Positions 9,930 to 20,147 of a DNA stretch of 64,000 bases are shown piece by piece. Below the pieces are notes generated by a model. It made no database searches. It was not told the DNA's origin and saw nothing but the letters and a program-made list of their open reading frames with translations. The number at the start of each line of letters is the position of its first letter. Within the stretch, counting starts at the first letter, position 1. The stretch comes from an uncultured cyanobacterium (GTDB taxonomy: Bacteria; Cyanobacteriota; Cyanobacteriia; Cyanobacteriales; Cyanobacteriaceae): assembly GCA_963749915.1 (NCBI GenBank), contig CAVVOP010000022.1, forward strand, positions 544,001-608,000, in the 5' to 3' direction. A program made the position numbers and the translations under genes.

Positions 9930-12900
9930 TTAAGTTTGAGTTTCTTGACTCATTCTACGATTTTTCAAACACTCTCTCTTAGTTAAACTTAATAATCGAT
10001 CGAATAAAGGCTCACCGATCGTCATTAACTTCAATGAAGGGTATTCATCAAAAATATCGGGATAAAAAGTAACACGGTAACTTTTATGATCAAAATGTAA
10101 CAACCAGGTATTATTTTCTTGAGGTTTAAATCCAATTCCTTTGCTTTTTAGCAGGCGTGAATTAGTAACTATTTCTTCTACTTGTTTACCAGAGATAGGA
10201 CTAGGAGGAATTGATTCATTGATTAGTTGTAAATCTGCATCAACATTCATCGCCATCATCTGTCCTAAATCTGAACGAATGGAGGGATTATTCAATAAAT
10301 CTTCTAATTCACTTAATAACACACCCTCTTCCTCTGGATCTGCCGACATTACAGCTTGTTCAATGAAAGTAGGAACTTGAGCTAATATGGGCTGTAAATT
10401 GCCTACAACTGTTTCAAAAGCATTAATTCTGCTTCTTAACTTTTGATAGACTTTTGCCTCTACCGTGCCATCGTAATAAAAGTTGTGGATACGAATAGTT
10501 GCATGAATTTGTCCGATTCTATCTAAACGTCCTATTTGTTGCTCAATTTGCATCGGATTCCAAGGACAAGAATATTGAAATAAGACACCACAAGTTTGCA
10601 GGTTTAGCCCCTCACTAGCAGACTTAGTACATAATAAAATCTTGATGATACCTTCACGAAATAATTTTTTTATTTCTTCTTTTTTGACAGTTCTCCAATA
10701 ACCATCTTGATACAACTCTCCTCCTCTTCCTGAGTAACAAGCTATCTGAGAACCATATAACTGGACAAGTGTATCTCTAACATAATCCATTGTATCTGTG
10801 TATTGAAAGAAGGTAATTACTGTTTCTCGATTAATCAATTCCTGTCTTAAAAGGGTTAAATAGTGTGAAAGTTTGGTATCTTCTCCTGTTTGTTCGCATT
10901 GTCTTAAAATGTTTTCTAAATACTCTATTTCAGCAGGATCTGTTGGTTGAAAATAGGACTCTAATCCTTGAATGATATTATCATCAGCATCATCTAAGTC
11001 GATTAAGTCATCATCAGTAATGCTGATACCGTCTAAACGACGTTCTAAAGATTTTTTAATGGCATAAAATGAACTCGTTAAACGGCGGCGATACAATGTC
11101 ATTAAAAAGCCTAGTCCCTTTCTATTTTCTTGTTGGGCTAAGTTGTAAAAATGACGCACATAATCACTTACAGCTTGGTATAAGGGAATTTCTCGTTGTG
11201 GTTCAAGGACGATCGCATTATCAAAAACAATTCTATCTGGTATTGGTTTATCTAAAATGCCTCGGCGGTGATATTCCCTTAAAGTATCTCTGGTATGACG
11301 AAACATTAAATCTTTGAGAGGGGTATTCACAGTTAAAAATTGTCGGGAAGCATCGATAAAACTTTTATCTTGAGATAGTCGTTTGGAGTTAGCGATCGCT
11401 TTTCCTTTTTCCCATGTATCTTTAAGAGAATAGAGTAATAAACGGTTATTGTTTCTCAAATATTGCTCTAGTAAAGGACAAGACTTACCTCCTTGTTGAA
11501 AGTAATCTACGGCTAGAGATTGCCAAAATTCAAGTTTTTGAGGGTTAGCTGGTTGCGGTAAACTATCAAAATAGTCACAAAAGTTATCTTGATATTGCCA
11601 CAATCCTTTTAAACCAACCAGATGCAGTAAGTCAAAAATTTCTACCGCATCCATTTGCATAGGGGTAGCGGTTAATAGTAACAAGGATTTGGTTTTATCT
11701 TTCAACTTCCTGAGTAAACTCAGTAAGCGATTGGGGTTATCTTCCCTTTGTTGAGGGTTACGACGACGGGCATGATGTGCTTCATCTACTACTACTAAAT
11801 CCCAATCATTAGCCTCTAATAATTCGTTAGCACGCTCTTGCATTCGCACAAGGTGGGAAGAAGCTAAGATTAAATCGACTTCATTCCAAGGGTTAGAAAT
11901 AGGTGTAATAGTTTCTCCGTCAGGATTGGTAAAAATTCCTTTACTGTAACTCCAAAAATGAAGGTTAAATTTTTCTCTTAATTCTTCATGCCATTGAGGT
12001 TGTACACTAGCAGGTGCAAGGATTAAGACTCGTTTTGCTTGACGGGAAACTAATAAATATCTGGTGATAATACCAGTACTAATAGTTTTACCTAAGCCTA
12101 CTTCATCACTGATCAAAGCAGAGGTAGGAAACTTGCCAGTGAATTGTCTTAAGATTTTGGTTTGATGTATCCAAGGTTTGATGGGTATTGATTCTAAACT
12201 GTAAGCAAAACAGCCTTGATGTTGATGAATATTAAGTAAAGGCTCAAATAATTTTAACTCTCTTTCAATTTCTGTTGGGGTTAATTCAATCTTTTTAGCT
12301 TGATTTTTTTCTATTTCGTCATCATTCCCAATCCTATCATTTGATTCATCTCTACTAACTGTACTCTGTTCACTGTTATCTGTACTCTGCTCACTGTTCA
12401 CTACCAAATCATCTTCTTTTTTCCAGATGGGTTTAGTAGAGGGAGTATAACGCAGTAATTTTTTTTTAATGGCTTCAGGAATCTCAAAAACTCTGACATT
12501 TTCTGCTAAATTATTCCATAATTTATCAAATCTAAATTGCTCTTCATTAACTCTTTGTAAATCTCTTTCTCCTTCCCAAGCACAATAAACGTGAAATGAT
12601 TCTACATTTGTTTCCCAGCCTCCTATTGATTCATTATTGGAGCCACTAAAAGCAATTTTATTTCCTTCTCTATCTGTAAAAATACCCGTTTTTTCATGAA
12701 ATAATTTATGTTTATTTAATTGTTCTGGTAAGCCATTTTTTTGTAGAGGAATCGCAATTTTTATATCTAAAAAATGATGGGCTATTAACCAACTTAAAAT
12801 TTGAAAATGTTTAACCCCCGCAAAATTTTCTGGCTCTTTTAATTCTCTATTTAAACGGTACTCTAATTTCTCTTTTAATTCATAGCCAAGAGCGATCGCT

Positions 12901-13130
12901 TTCAAGTCATGATGACTAAATTCACAACCCATAATTAAACGCATTTTGCCCTCATTATAGAGCATTGCACCTAATCCTTGAGCTACTTTAGATAAAATGG
13001 CACTATTGAAAAAACCTGATTTACGATCATATGCCACTGCACTTTCAAGGGCGGGAATATAAAAGTCAGCAATGGGGTTATTTTCATTACTTGAGTAACT
13101 AATTAACCAATCTTTTTCTGTTAACAACAT
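9930..13130 (-). CDS. PLD nuclease-SNF2/SWI2 helicase fusion (restriction-like system effector)
   Basis: HEKTGIFTD (HxKxxxxD) plus [46 protein letters not shown]. Confidence 0.9.
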   Translation of the reverse strand: MLLTEKDWLISYSSNENNPIADFYIPALESAVAYDRKSGFFNSAILSKVAQGLGAMLYNEGKMRLIMGCEFSHHDLKAIALGYELKEKLEYRLNRELKEPENFAGVKHFQILSWLIAHHFLDIKIAIPLQKNGLPEQLNKHKLFHEKTGIFTDREGNKIAFSGSNNESIGGWETNVESFHVYCAWEGERDLQRVNEEQFRFDKLWNNLAENVRVFEIPEAIKKKLLRYTPSTKPIWKKEDDLVVNSEQSTDNSEQSTVSRDESNDRIGNDDEIEKNQAKKIELTPTEIERELKLFEPLLNIHQHQGCFAYSLESIPIKPWIHQTKILRQFTGKFPTSALISDEVGLGKTISTGIITRYLLVSRQAKRVLILAPASVQPQWHEELREKFNLHFWSYSKGIFTNPDGETITPISNPWNEVDLILASSHLVRMQERANELLEANDWDLVVVDEAHHARRRNPQQREDNPNRLLSLLRKLKDKTKSLLLLTATPMQMDAVEIFDLLHLVGLKGLWQYQDNFCDYFDSLPQPANPQKLEFWQSLAVDYFQQGGKSCPLLEQYLRNNNRLLLYSLKDTWEKGKAIANSKRLSQDKSFIDASRQFLTVNTPLKDLMFRHTRDTLREYHRRGILDKPIPDRIVFDNAIVLEPQREIPLYQAVSDYVRHFYNLAQQENRKGLGFLMTLYRRRLTSSFYAIKKSLERRLDGISITDDDLIDLDDADDNIIQGLESYFQPTDPAEIEYLENILRQCEQTGEDTKLSHYLTLLRQELINRETVITFFQYTDTMDYVRDTLVQLYGSQIACYSGRGGELYQDGYWRTVKKEEIKKLFREGIIKILLCTKSASEGLNLQTCGVLFQYSCPWNPMQIEQQIGRLDRIGQIHATIRIHNFYYDGTVEAKVYQKLRSRINAFETVVGNLQPILAQVPTFIEQAVMSADPEEEGVLLSELEDLLNNPSIRSDLGQMMAMNVDADLQLINESIPPSPISGKQVEEIVTNSRLLKSKGIGFKPQENNTWLLHFDHKSYRVTFYPDIFDEYPSLKLMTIGEPLFDRLLSLTKRECLKNRRMSQETQT
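12357..12403. repeat. In-frame heptamer repeats (TGTTCAC type) in the SNF2 linker
   Basis: Encodes [17 protein letters not shown]. Confidence 0.6.
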
Positions 13131-13181
13131 TACAGATTACAGTGAACAGATTACAGTGAACAGATTACAGTGAGCAGTGAA
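13131..13181. repeat. Heptamer/14-mer tandem array (TACAGTGAACAGAT)n
   Basis: About three copies of the 14-mer directly between the four-helix-bundle gene and the SNF2 start. Confidence 0.85.
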
Positions 13182-13187
13182 AAAATA

Positions 13188-13544
13188 TTATTTTTTGTTT
13201 TTGCTTGTCTTAATACTAGATATTAAAATTTTTAGGATTTCTTTCAAATCGAAAATAATTGAATTATAACCTTTTTCTCCAATATAGTTTGATTGATATA
13301 GTAATTCCAACCAATATTCAGATTCATTGGCTTCTTTTAAGGCGATAGATAACTTATGGATGAAATCGGCTTTGCTTTCGGCATACTCTGATTCCCTTAC
13401 CAAAGCACCAATAGAAGTACCACTTCTTAGAAGTTGTTTTGATAAAACATATTCTTTCTTTTCCTCTGTCAAATACTGATAAAGTTTAATAATTCTCAAA
13501 GCAAAAGCAAAAGACTTATTTTTCAAAAATGGTTCACTCATCAA
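13188..13544 (-). CDS. Four-helix bundle protein (23S rRNA IVS protein / bAvd-like)
   Basis: KSFAFALRIIKLY...LSKQLLRSGTSIGALVRES...SKADFIHKLSIALKEANESEYWLELL. Confidence 0.92.
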   Translation of the reverse strand: MMSEPFLKNKSFAFALRIIKLYQYLTEEKKEYVLSKQLLRSGTSIGALVRESEYAESKADFIHKLSIALKEANESEYWLELLYQSNYIGEKGYNSIIFDLKEILKILISSIKTSKNKK

Positions 13545-13572
13545 GAATTACTTTTAACACTTATAATAAACT

Positions 13573-13604
13573 ATTGTTCACTGTACTCTGCTATCTGTTC
13601 ACTG
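13573..13604. repeat. TGTTCAC-type heptamer array, inverted relative to 13131-13181
   Basis: ATTGTTCACTGTACTCTGCTATCTGTTCACTG. Confidence 0.75.
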
Positions 13605-13608
13605 AAAA

Positions 13609-14037
13609 GTGCAAGAATTTCAACTTAAGATAATTCCTTTAAAAGATAATAATTTTTTCTTAGAATTATATCAATGTGCTTACAAAAAAGCGGGACAAAA
13701 AAAACGCCCTTCGGCTCAATGTATGGGGAAAGTAAAAGGAAACAAGTTAGTTTTAATTAGACAGGCTATTTATCAAGTATTGAAAAGTAATAAATATAAT
13801 CCTCAAACTCTTTCTTATAAACGAAAATCTCCTTATATTTTAAATGAAGAATCAGGGACAAATTTAGCAATTTTATTTCAGACAATACAACCACTTAGAA
13901 AAGAAGACAAAATTGTTAATATTCGTGATGCAGTCATGGCAATGAGTAATGAAGAAGCTCATTATTGGTTTGCTAAAATTAATCACGGGAAACGTAATTC
14001 TGCTCTGAAGGCTTTAAGGATTTTACTGGGAGAATAA
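13609..14037 (+). CDS. Small system-associated protein, DUF3780-like
   Basis: GTG start; C-terminal MSNEEAHYWFAK...ALKALRILL resembles the DUF3780-type tail; occurs with DUF499, DUF1156 and SNF2. Confidence 0.55.
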   Translation: MQEFQLKIIPLKDNNFFLELYQCAYKKAGQKKRPSAQCMGKVKGNKLVLIRQAIYQVLKSNKYNPQTLSYKRKSPYILNEESGTNLAILFQTIQPLRKEDKIVNIRDAVMAMSNEEAHYWFAKINHGKRNSALKALRILLGE

Positions 14038-14102
14038 ACAATAAATAATTAATATTAAAGGCTATAGTTAAACTATAAGATCAATTATCTTTACTGTAAA
14101 TT

Positions 14103-14336
14103 ATGATGAGCGAATTAATCACTGTAACTTATGATGGGGTAGTATTAACCCCAAAAACAGCATTAGATTTGGAGACAAATAAAGAATATCACATTCAAAT
14201 AATTTCTGATTCTAATCAATCCTCAATCATCGATGAGTTAAAGACTTCTGCTGATTTATACGCTGAAATTTATCAACAAGATTTAGAGTTACAACAGTTA
14301 ACCGATGTTGCTTGTGAGGATTTTATTGAAGAATGA
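14103..14336 (+). CDS. Putative antitoxin (DUF104/AF2212-like N-terminus)
   Basis: ITVTYDGVVLTP...LE..KEYHIQII followed by an acidic tail; stop overlaps the toxin start (ATGA). Confidence 0.7.
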   Translation: MMSELITVTYDGVVLTPKTALDLETNKEYHIQIISDSNQSSIIDELKTSADLYAEIYQQDLELQQLTDVACEDFIEE

Positions 14337-14685
14337 TTTTGACAAGAGGAATGATTATTAATGTCAATCTTAATCCCACTTTAGGTTCAGAAACAGGAAA
14401 AATTAGACCATGTATTATAGTAACAAATAATATTTATAATCAACGAGTACCAGTTATTCAAGTTGTACCTATAACTAATTGGACTGAAAAAAAGCAAGAA
14501 TTAAAACCAATATTGAAATCAATCCTACTGTTACTAATAATTTAGATAAAAAATCTATTGCTGATTGTTTACAAACTCGTCCTATTGATTATAATTCTCG
14601 TTTTGTTAGTTTCAGAGGAGAATTAGAAAATGATCTTATCCAACAAATAGATACCGCCCTGAAAATAGTTTTTGCTTTAAATTAA
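14333..14685 (+). pseudogene. PemK/MazF-family toxin split by a -1 frameshift at an A7 tract
   Basis: RGMIINVNLNPTLGSETGKIRPCIIVTN; continues in the -1 frame after 14487-14493 as ARIKTNIEINP...KSIADCLQTRPID...QIDTALKIVFALN, stop at 14685. Confidence 0.85.
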
Positions 14686-14767
14686 TATTAATTCGATACA
14701 TTTATTTGAGAACGATCACTTTATAAACTCTAATTGAAGGTGGATTAGTAACAATTAAACATTTGTG

Positions 14768-14801
14768 ATTTTAACTCTTAAGAAGCTCAAAAACCGATCG
14801 C
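14768..14801 (+). repeat. Direct repeat copy 1 flanking the second TA module
   Basis: ATTTTAACTCTTAAGAAGCTCAAAAACCGATCGC; 31/34 identical to 15374-15407. Confidence 0.8.
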
Positions 14802-14848
14802 ACTTTATCCTATGATAGAAATACCCATTGTTTATTGTTTATTGAACT

Positions 14849-15064
14849 ATGTCTCAAATAATAACTGTTACCTATGACGGGGAAGTATTAAAACCTAGTC
14901 AAAAACTATTCTTAGATATAGGAAAAAAATATCAAATTGAATTGATAGACGATAATAACATACATTCTTTACCTGAAAATCAACCCCGAACAAATATACG
15001 CTCCCATGAATCATTTTTAAATGGATATGCTCCCGAAGATGAAGGATTATATGATGATTATTAA
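14849..15064 (+). CDS. Putative antitoxin (DUF104/AF2212-like N-terminus)
   Basis: IITVTYDGEVLKP similar to 14103..14336; C-terminus FLNGYAPEDEGLYDDY. Confidence 0.7.
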   Translation: MSQIITVTYDGEVLKPSQKLFLDIGKKYQIELIDDNNIHSLPENQPRTNIRSHESFLNGYAPEDEGLYDDY

Positions 15065-15380
15065 AGCAGGGGATTTTTGGGTAGCTAAAATAACTTTTAC
15101 TGATGGTATCAATTTTAAAAAACGTCCTGTGTTAATTCTTTGGTGTGACGGTGATGATGTTATTGTCGCTGTAGTAACATCCGCTCAACCTAGAACACAA
15201 ACTGATGTAGTTTTAAAAGACTGGCAAAAAAGTGGCTTAAAATTAGCCTCTACTGTACGTTTGTCTAGATTAGATTCTTTAGAAAAATCGTTATTGATAG
15301 CCAAAATTGGTCATCTCACTACTGATGATGCTCAAAATCTTCTCAATACTTGGAATAAATACATTAAACCTCAATTTTAA
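15051..15380 (+). CDS. PemK/MazF-family toxin
   Basis: GDFWVAKITFTDG...KKRPVLIL...VTS...DWQKSGLKLASTVRLSRL...IGHL; start overlaps the antitoxin 3' end. Confidence 0.85.
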   Translation: MMIIKAGDFWVAKITFTDGINFKKRPVLILWCDGDDVIVAVVTSAQPRTQTDVVLKDWQKSGLKLASTVRLSRLDSLEKSLLIAKIGHLTTDDAQNLLNTWNKYIKPQF

Positions 15381-15407
15381 CTCTTAACAAGCGCAAAAAA
15401 CGATCGC
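15374..15407 (+). repeat. Direct repeat copy 2 flanking the second TA module
   Basis: ATTTTAACTCTTAACAAGCGCAAAAAACGATCGC. Confidence 0.8.
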
Positions 15408-15473
15408 CTTTCATTCTCAGCATATAATAATCAATCACCATTAATCTTAGTTCGCAGAACGTAAAACTATTAG

Positions 15474-15493
15474 CCTTGTAATTCATTACAAGG
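15474..15493. repeat. REP-like palindrome upstream of the methyltransferase
   Basis: CCTTGTAAT-tc-ATTACAAGG, perfect 9-bp stem. Confidence 0.45.
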
Positions 15494-16130
15494 TGGGAAA
15501 ACTAAACACAACCCATAACTAATACCCATCATGAGAAAACAATTATTCATCGAAAAAATTATGCCTGTAAAATTCCTCAATGAGCAGGTATATTATGAAC
15601 ATGGCGGTAATCCTTTCAAAGGTTTACATCGCTGGTATTCTCGTAAACCTTTATCTTTTTCCCGTGCTTCGGTGTTGGCTTCCCTTCTACCTGCCGATAT
15701 TACCATGGAAGAGTTTTTATATGTGATGGGTTTATATGGTGAAGATGATGTCAGGTTTTGGGAAAGTAGTAATAAATCTGAGGAAGAAAAGGATAAACTG
15801 CGGAATAATAAGCAGGTTAGGTTATATAAATGTCCTCCTAGTAATAAGCAAATTCAAAGGTTTGAAGAACTTTGTGAGCGGGTTTGGGGTACGAAAAAAC
15901 CGTCAATTTTAGATGCTTTTGCTGGCGGTGGCAGTATTCCTTTTGAGGGTGTGCGTTATGGTTTAAATGTTTTTGCTTCCGATTTAAACCCCGTGGCGGT
16001 AATTACCATGAAGGCGGCGATGGAATATCCATTAAAGTTTGGGGCAGATTTACAAACTGATATTGATAGATGGGTTAAATATGTGGGAGATGAGGCGGAA
16101 AAAAGGTTAGCTGAGTTTTTTCCTAATTCA

Positions 16131-16317
16131 GATCCTCCCCAGCCCCCCTTAACAAAGGGGGGAGAAGAAAAAGTCCCCCTTAGTAAGGGGGATTTAGGGG
16201 GATCAAATCAGAGTAGTACGATCCCTTCTAGCCCATCTTCAAATACTTCCACCGCCGATTTAGGGGAATCAAATCAGGAGAGTGAGATCCCCCCCAACCC
16301 CCCTTTGAAAGGGGGGA
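16131..16317. repeat. In-frame GC-rich palindromic dispersed repeats
   Basis: CCCCCCTTAACAAAGGGGGG and GTCCCCCTTAGTAAGGGGGATTTAGGGGGATC, encoding PPQPPLTKGG...VPLSKGDLGGS...PPNPPLKGG. Confidence 0.8.
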
Positions 16318-16560
16318 GTAAGGTTAAAAATGCTTCAAAAGAGGGGAATACGGAAACGGTGCAAAATTATCTTTGGGCGCATACTGTTACTTGCCCTCAT
16401 TGTCATTCTACTATTCCTCTTTCTCCTAATTGGTGGATCGATCGCTCTCCTTCTGCAATCAAAAATCATCGTATTTGTGCGGTTAAACCTATCCCTAATC
16501 TTGAAGAAAAACGGGTTGATTTTGAGTTAATAAAAGGCAAAAAAGGTAAAGGGACAACTA

Positions 16561-16595
16561 TTACAGTTAACAGTGAACAGTTAACAGTGAACAAT
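16561..16595. repeat. In-frame heptamer repeats (AACAGTG/AACAGTT) in the methyltransferase
   Basis: TTACAGTTAACAGTGAACAGTTAACAGTGAACAAT, encoding TVNSEQLTVNN. Confidence 0.7.
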
Positions 16596-17868
16596 AGGGA
16601 GAGTGTAAATAACAGTCAACAGGTTATAGATTTTGATCCAAGTGATTACAATACCATCGGGCGAGGTGTAGGAAAATGTTGTAATTGTGGCAATGTGATT
16701 GAAGATGATGTTATTAAAAATCAAGCGCAAAACGGTAGGTTTAGGACATCAATTATATGCAATAGCTTTTAAGAAAGGAAAGGGAAGTTTAGAATTTAGA
16801 ATCCCTAATCAAATTGATTTAGAAGGTGTTAAAAAAGCAGAAGAATTTTTACAAGCTAAATCAGAAGAATATTAACGTTAATCAATTAATACCCTGAAAA
16901 CTACTTATAGTCATTGATGGTGAAAGAAGTACAGATGATTACAGAATATGGTATTGAAAAATGGCATAAATTATTTAACCCACGTCAATTATTAACCCTT
17001 GTTACTTATGTAGAAATAATTAACGAAGCCAAGGCAAAAATACAAGCAGAATATGAACCAGAAAAAGCCGAAGCAATTGTAACTTATTTGGCTTTGGTTT
17101 GCGATCGATGTGTTGATAGAAATTGTCGATTAGGCAGTATGGGATCCTTCAAGAACATAATGCACAAGGTAGCATCAGCACAACACGCATTAAATTTAAT
17201 GTGGAATTATCCTGAAACTAATGGAAGTAGATAGATTATGGAATGGTGTGCTGATACAGTTGCAGACGATTTTACGAAACTTTGCGAATATGTAAACCAG
17301 CAAAAAAAATCAAATCAACTAAATCTTTTAACAGAAAATTTCACTGATAAAACTATTAAAATTAACCTCGAATCTGCCGATAGTTTGTATCATATTCCTG
17401 ATAAAAGCATCGAAGCAATCATTACAGACCCACCTTATTACGGTACAATTCAATATGCCGAATTAGCCGACTTTTTTTATGTCTGGCAAAAGCGCACATT
17501 AGGAGATATATTTCCCGATATTTTCTGGCAAGAGTTAACGGATAAAGATAGAGAAGCCGTTGCCAACCCTTCCCGTTTCCGCAACATGGGAGTATCCGCT
17601 GATGAGTTAGCCAAACAAGACTACGAAGCAAAAATGGCGATGGCATGGAATGAAGCCTATCGGGTTTTAAGAGACGATGGGGTATTAACAGTACAATTTA
17701 ACCATAAAGAATCAGGGGCATGGGATGTATTAGCAAAAGCCTTAATTGATGCAGGTTTTGAAATTACCGCTAGTTGGGCAGTTTCCACCGAAAACCCCCA
17801 AAATCTCCATCAAGCAAAGAAAAACAGCGTATCTAGCACCGTTATTTTAGTATGTAGAAAACGTCAAC

Positions 17869-17949
17869 AAGTCCCCCTTACTAAGGGGGATTTAGGGGGA
17901 TCAAGTCAAGGGAATGAGATCCCCCCTAGCCCCCCTTCAAAAGGGGGGA
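17869..17949. repeat. Second in-frame GC-rich palindromic repeat in the methyltransferase
   Basis: AAGTCCCCCTTACTAAGGGGGATTTAGGGGGATCAA...GAGATCCCCCCTAGCCCCCCTTCAAAAGGGGGG; near-identical to 16171-16207 and similar to 16284-16316. Confidence 0.8.
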
Positions 17950-18696
17950 ATAATAGCTTTCAGGGTGCGTGGTGGGATGACTTACGCCCCGAAGTCGCTA
18001 ATCAAGTAGAAGCAAGGGCAAGTTACTTCGAGGATAATGATATAACGGGCATTGACTTATATTTAAGTGCCTTTGGAGTCGCCTTAAACGTCTTTTCCAA
18101 GTCTTACCCCATCCTCGACAATACAGGTAACGAAGTGCGCCCAGAAGTTGCCTTTGCCGAAGCCAGAAAAGCGATCGCCAGTTATCGTTTCCGTAAACTA
18201 TTACAAACCGATACCGCAGGATTTGATGCCTTAACCCAATGGTATTTACTAGCTTGGGATGCTTTTTCTGCCCGTGAATTTCCTTTTGATGAAGCGAGAC
18301 AGTTAGCCTTAGCCATTGGTGGATTTAACGTTAATGACTTAACTAAGGAATATAAACTAATTGATTCAGCTAGTGGCACTTGTAAATTTTTAACTCCCCA
18401 ACAACGGCTGAAAAAACGAGCTTTTACCGTTAATCCTCAAGAATTTACCATTAAATACTTAATTGATGGTTTACACGCCTTAATAGCGGTTTATGAAGAT
18501 GAAGGCAACCTCGAAGCAGTACGCCAATTTATGAAGAAAACGGGGTTGAATAGTAATGATTTACTAACCAAGACGATCGAAGTTGCGTTTAAAGTGATTC
18601 CCGATAATGTCAAGGAGAAACAGACGTTAGTTAATTTGTGGTTGGGAATTGATGAGATTAAAACGAAGGTTGTTTATTTGCAGGGAGAGGTTTTTT

Positions 18697-18738
18697 AAGT
18701 AAGAAGTAAGAAGTAAGAAGTAAGAAGTAAGAAGTAAA
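18697..18738. repeat. Heptamer tandem repeat (AAGTAAG)5-6
   Basis: Five perfect units and one imperfect unit right at the methyltransferase stop. Confidence 0.9.
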
Positions 18739-18756
18739 AAGTTTAGTTTATGAAAA

Positions 18757-20145
18757 ATGATGAAGATAAAAGTAAGAAATTTAGGCACATTAAAACAAGC
18801 TGAATTCAATTTAGGTGAATTAACAATTATATGTGGTGGTAATAATACAGGAAAAACCTATGCTACTTATGCTCTATTTGGTTTTTTATCTATTTGGAGA
18901 CAAACCATAGAAATTGAGATTAAACAAACTCAAATTAATCAGCTTTTTCAGGAAGGAGTTATTAGTATTAACTTAGAAAAATACTTAAATAATGCAGAAA
19001 ATATTCTTAGGAAAGGATGTAAAAAATATACGAATATTCTGCCTAAAATTTTTGCCTCGTCCCCTGAAAACTTCAAAAATACAGAGTTTTTTATTGATAT
19101 AAATATATCAGATAATAAGCTCAATCAAAATCATGAAGAAATTATAGGATCAACTAACAAAAAGATATTTTCTTTAGTTAAATCAGAAAATAGTAATGAA
19201 TTAATTGTTACTTTACTCACGGAGGAAGAAAATCGAAAAATTCCCGATAATGTAATTAGAGAAATTATAGGTTCAGCCATAAAAAATATTATTTTTAAAC
19301 AGTTTTTTCCCAATTGTTTTATTGCTAGTGCTGAAAGAACAGGAAGTGCTATCTTTCGTAAAGAATTAAATTTTTCTCGTAATCGTTTGTTAGAAGAAAT
19401 TAGTCAAACTGATAAAAATATTGACCCCATTGAACTTTTACTTAAAGGTTATGATGATTATGCTTTACCAATTAAAGAAAATGTTGAATTTATTAGAAAT
19501 TTAGAGACTATTGCTAAAAAAACCAGTTTTGTAGCGGAAGAAAGTCCAGATTTATTGGAAAATTTTGCTGATATTATTGGTGGACAATATACTGTTACTA
19601 AAAATGATGAACTTTATTATATTCCTAAAGGAAAAAGAATCAAGTTATCAATGGATGAAAGTTCTAGTGCTGTACGTTCACTATTAGATATTGGTTTTTA
19701 TCTCAAACACATAGCAAAAAAAGGAGATTTATTAATTATTGATGAACCCGAATTAAACTTACATCCTGAAAATCAGAGAAGAATGGCTAGACTTTTCGCT
19801 AGATTAATTAATTTAGGGATCAAAGTATTTATCACTACTCATAGTGATTATATTATTAAAGAATTAAATACTTTAATTATGCTTAATCAAGATAAAACCT
19901 ACCTCAAAGAAATTGCTCAAAGAGAAGGTTATCAAGAAGATGAATTATTAACTGTGGAACAAATTAAAGTTTATATAGCAGAAGAAGCATTAATAAAATT
20001 AGATAATCGTCAGAGAAAAAGTCGTTGTCAAACTTTAACGCTAGCTAATATTACTCAAGATTTAGGCATTGAAATTAGTAGTTTTGATACTGCTATAGAA
20101 ACAATGAATCGTATTCAAGAAGAAATCATCTGGGGAGAAGAATAA
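18757..20145 (+). CDS. ABC-type/AAA_15-21 ATPase (defence-associated)
   Basis: IICGGNNTGKTY Walker A, SSSAVRSL signature, LLIIDEPELNLHPENQ Walker B/D-loop, FITTHSDY H-loop. Confidence 0.88.
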   Translation: MMKIKVRNLGTLKQAEFNLGELTIICGGNNTGKTYATYALFGFLSIWRQTIEIEIKQTQINQLFQEGVISINLEKYLNNAENILRKGCKKYTNILPKIFASSPENFKNTEFFIDINISDNKLNQNHEEIIGSTNKKIFSLVKSENSNELIVTLLTEEENRKIPDNVIREIIGSAIKNIIFKQFFPNCFIASAERTGSAIFRKELNFSRNRLLEEISQTDKNIDPIELLLKGYDDYALPIKENVEFIRNLETIAKKTSFVAEESPDLLENFADIIGGQYTVTKNDELYYIPKGKRIKLSMDESSSAVRSLLDIGFYLKHIAKKGDLLIIDEPELNLHPENQRRMARLFARLINLGIKVFITTHSDYIIKELNTLIMLNQDKTYLKEIAQREGYQEDELLTVEQIKVYIAEEALIKLDNRQRKSRCQTLTLANITQDLGIEISSFDTAIETMNRIQEEIIWGEE

Positions 20146-20147
20146 GG

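Larger units (their letters stand above)
15531..18698 (+). pseudogene. DUF1156 adenine DNA methyltransferase, broken into three ORFs by an indel cluster at ~16738-17245 (real or sequencing artefact)
   Basis: LHRWYSRKPL, LDAFAGGGSIPFEG (SAM motif), CPHC...CCNC Zn ribbon, LFNPRQLL, ITDPPYY catalytic motif; homologous-looking sequence (LGHQLYAIAFKKGKG; AVWDPSRT) continues in shifted frames. Confidence 0.85.

Noticed and set aside
13188..13544. Diversity-generating retroelement suggested by the Avd-like gene
   Set aside because: No reverse transcriptase and no template/variable repeat pair with A-specific mismatches was seen
16914..17234. Independent 106-aa gene
   Set aside because: It is the middle fragment of the DUF1156 methyltransferase
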